From the NCBI GenBank assembly GCA_040006935.1, contig JBDTVZ010000001.1:231772-295771 (forward strand): a DNA stretch of 64,000 nucleotides, in the 5' to 3' direction. Position 1 is the first letter of the stretch, and the number at the start of each line of letters is the position of its first letter. Shown piece after piece: positions 10,101 through 17,599 of the stretch. This DNA is from Candidatus Dojkabacteria bacterium (lineage in GTDB: Bacteria > Patescibacteriota > Dojkabacteria > J137). The notes beneath the pieces are model-generated. The model searched no databases and was not told the origin of the DNA. It was given only the letters and a program-made list of their open reading frames with translations. The position numbers and the translations under genes are program-made.

Positions 10101-12500
10101 TTAGGCGATGGAGCTGCTGCATTGGTCGGCACAAAAGATTATAACTACGATAGCTTACAAAGATTAACAAAAGCTACTGTAACTCATAATTCAGTCGGAC
10201 AAAATGTTGTTGATTCAATTGAAGAATTTGGCTATGACAATATTGGAAATAGAGTAAATCTCAAAACAACAAATGTGTCATCTCCAGCGGAGTCGAGGGA
10301 TGCGGAATTAAATTATTCTTACAACGATGCAAATCAATTAATTGAAGATTCTGCTAATAATTACTCTTATGATGCAAATGGAAATAGAATTAGCAAAACA
10401 GGTAAAGATGGTAATAAAAGTATTCAATACTCTTACGATCTTGCAGATAACTTAACGAATGTTCAAAGCAATATTAGCGGAAAAAATTATAATATAAGTT
10501 ATAACTACGATGGGTTAAATCGAAGAGTTGAGAAAAGTATTAATAGTACTAATAGCAATTTCTATAGTGATGTCTCTTATATTAAATATGCTTATCTTGG
10601 AAAATCCTTTGATACTATTTCTCAGGATGTAAATGGAACTATTCAAAACTTTTACAGAGCTGGAATTAGTAATATTGAGCCTACTTTAATTGCGAGTGAT
10701 TTAATAAGTCCAGCGGTTAAAGTAACAGATCCTGTTGTGCAAAATGATGAACCAGAAGTGCCAGCTTCGTTCCCAGTGTCATATCCTGGAGATGAGGTTC
10801 CAAGTTCATATCCAGTTTCTTATCCTGATGATTCAGTCACTCCAGAGCAAACTCCTGTTGAAGATACTTCTGTAAATTTAAGCTATTACTTTAGAGATGG
10901 ATTAGATTCTGTTGTGGGTGTTTCGAATAAGAATTCTACTGTAGATTATTTAAACGAATATTCATCTTATGGAAAAATTAAAGACTCTTCTAAATTAGAT
11001 GTGTTTAATTCAAAAACATATTCTGGACAAGATTATGATGTTGAAAGTGAAATGTCTTATTATGGTTCGAGATATTATGATTCTGAAATTGGGAGTTGGA
11101 ATAAAATGGATAGTTATCAAGGAAATACATCTAATCCAAGTTCGAGAAATAAATATGCATTTGTAGAAAATAATCCAGTGAATAGTGTGGATGTGGATGG
11201 ATTTGCTGGCGAACAGATGACAGGTGATCAAGCAATTACTTATCTAAATGATCAAGTAACACAAACAAATACATTTATTAGCCAAGCAGATAAAGCTGCG
11301 GTAGATGGACAGAATAGAATAAACGATATTAATAATAGTTTAGCTACTTTATCTGCAGACGCTACTTCTAAATACTGGTCAGCACACCATGCATTAGAAG
11401 ATGAGTATACATATGTTTTGATGAATGGAGTTGTTGGAAGATTACAAGCTAGAGGCTACTCGTTGAACTATGGTCAGGTTTACAATTATCTTGGCAATAA
11501 AATTACTGAGAAATCGTATATTTATGCTGCCAAACAACAACAATATTACGCCGCTGCGCAGTTGTATGAATCCTCTGTACAAGAGAGAGATTATTTGCAG
11601 AATGATTATCTACCTCAAATTTCATCTGCTAAGATAGAAGCTTTAAAATATATTGATGATACGAATTCATTAAAAAGTGATGTTCAAAATCAAATAGATC
11701 AGATCAAAGCTGATGCTCAAAATAGAGCAAACGCCGCAGAAACTCAGAGAAATATTTCCCTGTTATTTGCAGGTGCGGGGGCAGTTATAGGTGGAACTAT
11801 TTGTGCAGTAGCGACTGCTGGTATTGCAACAGCTGGATGTGTGGCTGGTGGTATAGCATTAGTAGCTGGCGTAGGGTCTGCTGCAAACTCAGAAATAAAT
11901 AGACAAGATGCTATGTATACTGTGAAGACAGGTACATTCATGGACTCTAAAGCTAATTTCTTTAATAATTTAGGATTTGATAAAACAACTTCAAGTTCAC
12001 TAAGTAATGCAATAAATGTTGGTGGGAATGTAGCATTTGTGGTTTCTGGAGTAGCAGCTGTTGCGACAGGTGTAATAGCAGGTGTGGCTTTATTGGCACC
12101 AGTTATAGCTGGTGTAGGAACTACCACTGCTGCTACTGCCGCCACAGAAGCTACCGCAACTGGTGGAACTATCGCCTTAGGATTAGATGAACTAGGAAGT
12201 AGCTTAGATAAATTTGCAGAAGAAGTACAAGCAATCACTTATAAAGCCTTTGTACCCGCAGAGGCGCTTGCTACCTCTGACTGGAAACCCTATGTCTTGG
12301 AGAAATTAGCGGATGTTTCCACTAAGATCAACTTTAATCTAACAGGTATAAATAGTATTATGAATAGTGTTAGTAGAGCATCAGCAGGAATGGGAGGAGC
12401 TACTGATTGGGAATTATTGCAAATATACAATAACCCACAATTCTGGGATAGAGTAACATTTTTTCAGGATGGAGTGATAGTACCAAACCCTTTTAATTAA
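4167..12500 (+). CDS. RHS/YD-repeat polymorphic toxin: signal peptide, M23-like domain, DUF6531-like region, YD repeats with inserted CBM/PKD-like module, RHS core, helical and hydrophobic region, C-terminal toxin tip
   Basis: Dozens of YD-x-x-GN/GR repeats; AVDF and RYAHL M23 motifs; core YYGSRYYD...NKYAFVENNPVNSVDVDG. Confidence 0.92.
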   Translation: MLKKLLIVTFLFLFLTSTTGKVAAFSFDPFDKYGKFLPWLTNPSWRDNQQMVITSTPNGHLSNFGYRAVDFARNGGDAATIGIPVLAISDGVVEKVGNDPQGWGNYVILDHQNGYKTRYAHLGLVVLNSSDVGHAIRRGQEIGEFGNTGRVTSANLELEMMNSANGAIDPIADGRAFQGFISNSQVSVSWQSPITSFNHDHAFVKSTNDVRPNDPGNPWDPPVIDPLDRYLQNYGYLFPSGMVAEPINTALGSFLHRSNDLEFNNPSGPEFKFERVSNSPDQFIGFNGLGWTNTFNIKVLANPDNTFSVKFEDGRGESFKEVDTDPNTYTRDFQKLTAESLGTLVRLDASNNYRFQYTSGDKTIYLFNSDKGSLAWGKIEKITSVDGKSINFIYDSNGNLQKASDSFGNWMTLSFGQDKLLDTLTGSDGSVINYSYNFDGRLTSVTKNNGGAWTYAYDSQGRITTIIDAEGKTVVAKNTYDSAGRVIEQIDGNGGTTKLEYTSDASNNKSTKITDPLGNVTVQLHNANNYLTEEDRADGTSIKKEYNAQGKVTKETNESAVATLYEYDANGNTTKETHADGYIKETKYSSQNLPIEIKDPSGIISMEYNNAGRKTKVTDQLGSVSTYLYDANNNLIKEINNNGNAKVYAYNANGHLVEQSDFSTSSDLKYEYDARGNQTKVTDALNNVSTFTYDGRNHLVKSTDSRGSVKTYAYDRNGNLASETDEAGAVKTYRSDNNENIVEIAYPSQYLQYPTKQVGILNNSNTLIDEKFNTNLSRWDVSNSNVQIIGKTLLTKNKTTDSKIYSVWLEPKLDQEYWLSALYKTANATAPQFNIEMYDANFNFVRNAKPLGLTWNGGTFDGWDNEYRNAFYFPEDLWKGSQVSIIKYARLIITLPAGSNGTEGTTILDDIYLGHLNRPIAKIINYKGGWLGEKMILDATGSWDFETNIKKAYWTEITGPEVSINEESNKLMSSFVIPALDKDTAFTFRLIVEDGNGVRSIARTKTLVIKKNTLLPTELNNVSNEVQDDFIDPNDPTSQIDTSSPPILVNVTEQFEYDKNNNRIKYKDKNGNITRYTYNNRNELIKTDSYGAGVSILSSQIFAYDKVGNIIKKTDLTSPGINQDGNITRFIYDSLNRITETINPDGKSQKIKYDILGRVIEKTDLEGNVTKYEYDALGRNTKMIDSSNAATIYSYDRVGNMIKKIDTLGNATIYAYDSSGRTSGVRNAIGDVANYVYDSVGNLIGQRNFAGELTILSYDGNNNLIGQTNTLNLKTNFEYDSRNNLTKITDPNGDYTTYNYDAMGNKVREVDALGQQKNLVYDNNGNLIQFTGENGESIKTSYDGLNRKIAEVDQKGNTVKYQYDSLGNVISQTDKNGNGTSYKYDKNRNVIEIVNALGDSQRIEYSPNGNILKTIDPLGNATTYKYNNLNENIETINPIGGSIKSTFDSLGRLTSKTDLQNKATTYAYDSLGNVIKITDRIGNETSIEYDKVGKVIKVTKPNGAISQSEYDSIGRLAKDINAENGVTTYGYDSASNLISTTLPNNITTSFGYDSLNRKVHESVAGVSKSSEYDSIGRLIKSIDANGNQTSYQYDSVNNIAKVTNPRGFSTNFEYDNNGNLTKVTNAKGTATTFEYNGLNLQTKTTQADGTTLSQVYDKDGRVVKSIDPKGNSIGNSYDALGRIVSNKNQLGNSTSYEFDANGNVVKKTDAEGNLTKYAYDSLDRLVKVTDALNHDTNYEYDNVGNLTKEINANNKSTIRNYNKLNQLKEETDPLGNKVSYSYDLAGDLVSKVKADGTVVGYSYDALNRLNTIGFSDSNQNVNYEYDNAGNITKIQKGNSVVSFIYDENSNLISATQDGNSTVSYSYDELNNQSQIRYPNQTIAEFDYTALNQVKDLSIKKNSAISTTQFGYDANGNLTSQVNPNGSQISKDYDNTNRLTKVSDISITHDSEGVTNTSNIAEFNYSLDKNGNKLSEGFKLGDGAAALVGTKDYNYDSLQRLTKATVTHNSVGQNVVDSIEEFGYDNIGNRVNLKTTNVSSPAESRDAELNYSYNDANQLIEDSANNYSYDANGNRISKTGKDGNKSIQYSYDLADNLTNVQSNISGKNYNISYNYDGLNRRVEKSINSTNSNFYSDVSYIKYAYLGKSFDTISQDVNGTIQNFYRAGISNIEPTLIASDLISPAVKVTDPVVQNDEPEVPASFPVSYPGDEVPSSYPVSYPDDSVTPEQTPVEDTSVNLSYYFRDGLDSVVGVSNKNSTVDYLNEYSSYGKIKDSSKLDVFNSKTYSGQDYDVESEMSYYGSRYYDSEIGSWNKMDSYQGNTSNPSSRNKYAFVENNPVNSVDVDGFAGEQMTGDQAITYLNDQVTQTNTFISQADKAAVDGQNRINDINNSLATLSADATSKYWSAHHALEDEYTYVLMNGVVGRLQARGYSLNYGQVYNYLGNKITEKSYIYAAKQQQYYAAAQLYESSVQERDYLQNDYLPQISSAKIEALKYIDDTNSLKSDVQNQIDQIKADAQNRANAAETQRNISLLFAGAGAVIGGTICAVATAGIATAGCVAGGIALVAGVGSAANSEINRQDAMYTVKTGTFMDSKANFFNNLGFDKTTSSSLSNAINVGGNVAFVVSGVAAVATGVIAGVALLAPVIAGVGTTTAATAATEATATGGTIALGLDELGSSLDKFAEEVQAITYKAFVPAEALATSDWKPYVLEKLADVSTKINFNLTGINSIMNSVSRASAGMGGATDWELLQIYNNPQFWDRVTFFQDGVIVPNPFN

Positions 12501-12517
12501 ATTTTAACTACTAACTT

Positions 12518-12910
12518 ATGATTATAAAGAGAAAATTTAGCTTAGTAGGATGGAGTCCAACTTTCGGGAGGATTTTATACAGAAGTCCTGGCGATCATAA
12601 AGACACTATTAATCTGGATATTGTATTTATTGACACAAAATATATAAATGCACCTACGCAGTTTGAACTTGAATCCATCAAAGAGGTGACACAATTAGAT
12701 GAAGGTATGAATTTTTTATCAAATAATAAGATAGCGGCTCTGGAACAAGACTTAAAGGTTTTTGAGCTTTCCACTAAGACTCAAAAATTCTATATTGTTG
12801 CCTCATTTATCTCAATGTTTGAAAATAAATTGGAGCTTCTGGAACTACCTTTTGAGAAAGATAAGACATCTATAAAGTCTTACAAGCCAATAGACACTAA
12901 AGGTTTATGA
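12518..12910 (+). CDS. Probable cognate immunity protein of the RHS toxin
   Basis: Small cytoplasmic ORF 17 nt after the toxin stop; position typical of immunity genes. Confidence 0.6.
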   Translation: MIIKRKFSLVGWSPTFGRILYRSPGDHKDTINLDIVFIDTKYINAPTQFELESIKEVTQLDEGMNFLSNNKIAALEQDLKVFELSTKTQKFYIVASFISMFENKLELLELPFEKDKTSIKSYKPIDTKGL

Positions 12911-13048
12911 TTTATTTTCTTTTAGGGTGGCTGCACCAGAACTAATTAAATTTAAAAATTTATGCCTTCTAGAAGAGTTCCTAAAGAACAAAGTATTAGT
13001 GTCGATATCGTTTTACATCACGCATTATATATCCCTTAATATTATTTT

Positions 13049-13669
13049 ATGTTTCTAATTTCAAATTCAGTTACAAAAATAATTTCAATCGTAAGTTCAG
13101 AACCTACGATTCAAATGCCTGTCAGGTTTAGTATTAAATACATAGATAATACTAATTATAATAAACTTCTAATATTCTATATTGAATTTGATGGTAAGTA
13201 CTTAGAATTAGAGTTTAATTATAAAGAAGGTGATTCTCAAGGAATTCTAATTAGTTGTGAGTTGATTAATTATCATGAAAAGTTTCAAATAATTGATGGG
13301 ATTTACACTCTTAGTGAAGATATTTCAAAGGATATACCACTTTTCGATTTAAATAACGGATTTCAAATTGAACCCACAAAAAACCCTTATATAGTAAAGA
13401 AAAGTACTCACGATTTCGGATTAATAAAATACGAGAATGCTATCCAAATTAATTTTTCAACTTCTAAATCTAATAAAAAATTTACTATTGGAGAGAAGAT
13501 CCTCATAGGTTTAGATACAGATAATAATTTAAATGAAATTGTTATACTGAATTTATCCGATATCGAAGAAGATTTAATCAATCTCAAGTTAAGTGATCAA
13601 GAGAATAAAAAGTATGACCTATCTTCTGAAACTTTGAAGTATTTAAAAGAAACAAGGAATTTATCTTAA
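13049..13669 (+). CDS. Hypothetical protein, possible orphan immunity protein
   Basis: Very AT-rich acidic ORF in the post-toxin array. Confidence 0.45.
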   Translation: MFLISNSVTKIISIVSSEPTIQMPVRFSIKYIDNTNYNKLLIFYIEFDGKYLELEFNYKEGDSQGILISCELINYHEKFQIIDGIYTLSEDISKDIPLFDLNNGFQIEPTKNPYIVKKSTHDFGLIKYENAIQINFSTSKSNKKFTIGEKILIGLDTDNNLNEIVILNLSDIEEDLINLKLSDQENKKYDLSSETLKYLKETRNLS

Positions 13670-13691
13670 TAATATTTATTAAATATTTATA

Positions 13692-14111
13692 ATGTTACTA
13701 AGAAGATTAATTGCACGATATATTGATAACTTTTCAATATTAATAGCTTCCTTTTTACTGGGTTTTGGAGGATTTTTAATTGCTGGGATTATTACACAAT
13801 CTAATAAGATAGCTACTTTAATATTTTTTTGTATTTTTGTAATAGCATTTATTATTGTATACGTTATAGATTTTATTGTTCTACCTAAAAAGACAGGTAG
13901 TACTGTTGGGAAGAGAGTATTAAGATTAAAAATCATCAATGATAATGGTAGTGATTTAAAATATTCACAATTAATTATAAGAGAGATTATTGTACAAGCG
14001 GTTGGTTTTTTTGGAATATTTGGTGTAATTCTTCTACTGATGAGTTATTCAGGACCTCAACATAAGTTATTTTATGACAGTACATTAGATATGAATGTTG
14101 TTAAAAGATAA
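13692..14111 (+). CDS. RDD family membrane protein
   Basis: RRLIARYID, GSTVGKRVLRLKI, LIIRE, YD motifs. Confidence 0.85.
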   Translation: MLLRRLIARYIDNFSILIASFLLGFGGFLIAGIITQSNKIATLIFFCIFVIAFIIVYVIDFIVLPKKTGSTVGKRVLRLKIINDNGSDLKYSQLIIREIIVQAVGFFGIFGVILLLMSYSGPQHKLFYDSTLDMNVVKR

Positions 14112-14148
14112 ACATAGGAATTTAAGAAAGAAGATGAAAGTATAAGTA

Positions 14149-14226
14149 AATTTTGTCATTCTCTCGTAGAAAATGTCAAAATCTGTATTGCGGTACAATG
14201 TTTTATTATTCATAGCAAGTTATAAT
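14149..14226 (+). promoter_or_regulatory. Promoter/operator module copy 2 (TGTCA repeats, TGTATTGCGGTACA, -10 TATAAT)
   Basis: Aligns with 2828-2906. Confidence 0.65.
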
Positions 14227-14253
14227 ATACCAATTATATATTACAAGTAACAA

Positions 14254-14784
14254 ATGAGTGAAGTTAAAGCAATAAAGCAAGGAAATAATGATGACTTGAA
14301 GAAGAGAAAAAATGTAAATAACGTAGCCTATTTGTTTGTTCTTTACGGATTTTTAGGATTTTTTGAGAATCTTCTTTTGGTAGGTCCAACAGCTCACAAA
14401 CCAGAAGTCCTTGTAACATTCATTATCGGATTTATACTTCTTGCTATACCTTACATTATACTTCCCCTAAAGGCGAAACAAACTTTAGATGTTAATTATG
14501 CAAAAGCATTGAAATTTTATTTATTACTAGTCATGGTAATCCCCACAATTGTATTATTTGTTGTATTTCTAATAACACATAACCTTGTAAGTATCCCTTT
14601 TTCTATCTTTGATTTATTGTTTTTTGGACTTTCATTTCAATTCGAAAATAATATTAAGGAGTTTAATCCAAAATTTAAATATTCCTTTAAACAATTTTTG
14701 AAAGTATTTGTTCCATCTGCTCTTTTATTATGTGCTGGATTTACACTGACTTTTATTTCAGGAATACTTAACGCAGTCAAATAG
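14254..14784 (+). CDS. Hypothetical integral membrane protein
   Basis: About 5 hydrophobic segments. Confidence 0.6.
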   Translation: MSEVKAIKQGNNDDLKKRKNVNNVAYLFVLYGFLGFFENLLLVGPTAHKPEVLVTFIIGFILLAIPYIILPLKAKQTLDVNYAKALKFYLLLVMVIPTIVLFVVFLITHNLVSIPFSIFDLLFFGLSFQFENNIKEFNPKFKYSFKQFLKVFVPSALLLCAGFTLTFISGILNAVK

Positions 14785-14808
14785 CATATTAATAAAACCA
14801 GATTAACC

Positions 14809-15762
14809 TTACATCTCACCATAGCCTCCAGCAAAAAGGCTAGAGGATATCGCATCAAAAGCATTAGTCACTAAAAGTTCTAACTGTTTTCTCTCAAAGC
14901 TAAATACGCTTGCTCCCTTTGGCATTTTTACACTAATTCTCTCATTTGGTTGGGCTATTCTTTTTGGTACATCTACTTGTCCTAACTTAATATTTCTCAT
15001 AATGGGAAGTACCCAGCCTTCTTCATCGGAAGTCTTGCAGCTAACGCCTATCACATAATTTGCATCGCACTCTTTTGCTTCTTCAACTCCATAACCTGAG
15101 ATTAAGTCTCCATCTGTAAAATATTCTGGTCCAATATTAATTGCTGGTGCAATTAAGGGAAAAGATGAGGAGGCTACCATTCCTGCAACAAAATCATGAA
15201 CGGTTTCAGGTTTAAAAATACGTTTCTTTCTTTTTTTCATATCAGTTAGTTGAAACCTGAGATTTGCGCGTAATTTAAATCCAATTCTTTTTTGTATTTC
15301 CTCTAAATTTGTAGGTGTATTTAGAAAAGGAATATCTTTCGAATAATATTGCGCAAAGGCCTGTCGAAATATTGATTCTGCATCTATTAAAGTCAAGTTG
15401 GGAATATGCCTTAATAAATACCAATAATAATGTTCCGGCGATATTAATGATTGATGAGAAAAAATAGCACTGTGGCTAAATAGGTTATGCAATTTGAAAT
15501 CAGCTACTGATTCTAAGATTTCCTTCCAACTATATCCAAGTGAGTAGAGTGTAAAAGGTATAGTCGCCGATGAAGATGCAATTATTAATCCTGGAGTTAT
15601 TTTCTGTTCTTCTAGCCACTTTATAATTCCTATCGATGCACCAAAAGCTAGGCTCAAACCACCTTTTATACTAATACATAAATCAGGTACTTGTCTTACA
15701 TTTTCCCAGTTTTCAAATGAATACTTTGCTATTAAAGGTTCTGGCTGATTTTGATCTAACAT
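14809..15762 (-). CDS. Divergent patatin-like phospholipase
   Basis: GG oxyanion region, ASSSA in place of GxSxG, ASSSFP, FTDGD. Confidence 0.65.
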   Translation of the reverse strand: MLDQNQPEPLIAKYSFENWENVRQVPDLCISIKGGLSLAFGASIGIIKWLEEQKITPGLIIASSSATIPFTLYSLGYSWKEILESVADFKLHNLFSHSAIFSHQSLISPEHYYWYLLRHIPNLTLIDAESIFRQAFAQYYSKDIPFLNTPTNLEEIQKRIGFKLRANLRFQLTDMKKRKKRIFKPETVHDFVAGMVASSSFPLIAPAINIGPEYFTDGDLISGYGVEEAKECDANYVIGVSCKTSDEEGWVLPIMRNIKLGQVDVPKRIAQPNERISVKMPKGASVFSFERKQLELLVTNAFDAISSSLFAGGYGEM

Positions 15763-15776
15763 AAGCTTAGTATGTT

Positions 15777-16649
15777 TTATACAAAATTCATGTTCACCAT
15801 TTCAACATCCATTAGAAGGGCTAGACCACCAACACTTCCAGTATTATCTTTAAACATAGATTTTTTAAACTTAGGAACTTTAAATTGGAATTTTTTCATA
15901 ATCATTTGCTCGCTATACTTCATTAGTTTAGTCAAAAACGCATCTTGATTGGCAGCAAGTCCTCCACCAAAAATAAATATTTCTACTGGATGAAAAATTA
16001 GAAAGTTCATCAGTCCTTGTGCAAAGTACCGAGATGCCACAATCCAAGCTTCCTCATCTTTTAAATCTTCTGGCTTTAAACCGTACATTTCCATGAACCC
16101 TTTCCCCGAAGCGTATGCTTCTAAACAGCCTCGCTGTCCACAAATGCATTTTTCACCATCTGGAACTATGATTATGTGACCAAACTCTGTAGGGTAAATT
16201 AAATCTTTATTTTCAAACTTATTAATTCTAACTGCACCAACTCCAGTTCCAACAATTACAAAGCCCATTGATTTATAATCTTTTCCGTATCCAAAATATC
16301 TCTCCGCAAGTCCAGCAACAACCGCATCATTTTCTATCTTAACTTTACAATTAAGTTCTTTTTTTAAATCTTCACAGATATTAAAACCTTCCCAGTAGGG
16401 GAAGGAATCGGATCCAATAACGTTACCTTTGATTGGATTCATGCTACCAGTCATAGAAATACCAATCCCTTTAAGCTTTTCTTTGCCAGCCATTTCCTTA
16501 ATATTTTCTACAAATTTATTAATAGCATAGCCGTACTTTTCAAATTCTTTGCTTAGGAATTGTCTTTTTTCTATAAATGAATCTGGATCTAATTTAGTAA
16601 ATGAAGAAATTCGAATATTTGTTCCACCGATGTCGATCGTTATATACAT
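15777..16649 (-). CDS. ROK family sugar kinase
   Basis: IDIGGT, ENDA, GTGVG, EFGH, CICGQRGCLE. Confidence 0.92.
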   Translation of the reverse strand: MYITIDIGGTNIRISSFTKLDPDSFIEKRQFLSKEFEKYGYAINKFVENIKEMAGKEKLKGIGISMTGSMNPIKGNVIGSDSFPYWEGFNICEDLKKELNCKVKIENDAVVAGLAERYFGYGKDYKSMGFVIVGTGVGAVRINKFENKDLIYPTEFGHIIIVPDGEKCICGQRGCLEAYASGKGFMEMYGLKPEDLKDEEAWIVASRYFAQGLMNFLIFHPVEIFIFGGGLAANQDAFLTKLMKYSEQMIMKKFQFKVPKFKKSMFKDNTGSVGGLALLMDVEMVNMNFV

Positions 16650-16658
16650 ATGAAGAAG

Positions 16659-17462
16659 TTAAATTTCAAGAATTATTCCAATAGGGCAATGGTCCGAGCC
16701 CATAATTTCGGGTCGAATATATGCATCTCTCAAATTATCTTTTAAAGATTCAGACACACAGAAATAGTCAATTCTCCAACCAACATTTTTTGCCCTAGCA
16801 CCACCAAAAGCTGTCCACCAAGTATATTTCCCAGCTTCATCTGAGTGAAATTTTCTAAAAGTATCAATAAAACCTGCCTCAACAATATTAGTAAAGCCTT
16901 CTCTTTCTTTATCTGTAAATCCGTGATTATTATGATTAGTATCTGGTCTTGCTAAATCAATTTCCTGATGAGCAACATTTAAATCTCCACAAAAAATCAC
17001 AGGTTTTATTTTTTCTAATTCTTTAATGTAAGTTAAGAAAGTTGGGTCCCAAAGGTCATACCTAAAAGGTAATCTTGAAAGATCTGGCTTGGAGTTTGGA
17101 GTGTACACACTAATTACAAAAAATTTCTCAAACTCAGCTGTTGTGACTCTACCTTCGTTATTTGCATCACCATAACTGTCTTGAATAGGTGTAACTTTAT
17201 CGCCAATTAAAATATTATTAGTAACTTTAATAGCCTTTTCCTTTGAGAAAATTGCAGTTCCGGAATATCCTTTTTTCTGAGCAGAATTCCAATACTCAGT
17301 ATATTCAGGTAAGTCGACTTCAGCTTGGCCCTGCATGGCTTTAATTTCCTGAAGGCAAATAATGTCGGGATTTTCTTGTTTTACATAATCAAGAAAACCC
17401 TTTTTAATAGCAGCTCGTATTCCATTAACATTCCACGAAATTATTTTGAGTGTTTTAGACAT
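16659..17462 (-). CDS. xth: Exodeoxyribonuclease III / AP endonuclease (start set at MSKTLKIISW)
   Basis: SWNVNGIRA, LQEIK, GDLNVAH, GWRIDY, SDHCP. Confidence 0.93.
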   Translation of the reverse strand: MSKTLKIISWNVNGIRAAIKKGFLDYVKQENPDIICLQEIKAMQGQAEVDLPEYTEYWNSAQKKGYSGTAIFSKEKAIKVTNNILIGDKVTPIQDSYGDANNEGRVTTAEFEKFFVISVYTPNSKPDLSRLPFRYDLWDPTFLTYIKELEKIKPVIFCGDLNVAHQEIDLARPDTNHNNHGFTDKEREGFTNIVEAGFIDTFRKFHSDEAGKYTWWTAFGGARAKNVGWRIDYFCVSESLKDNLRDAYIRPEIMGSDHCPIGIILEI

Positions 17463-17599
17463 TTGGTAATTATATCGCATGACATAGTTTCTGTCACCGG
17501 TGATAATCTTAGGGAAAGAGCACATTCTTTCCTACTAACACATGATTTAGACCTATCTCATGGTATAATCAAGACTGGCATTATTTAATTCTAAATATT

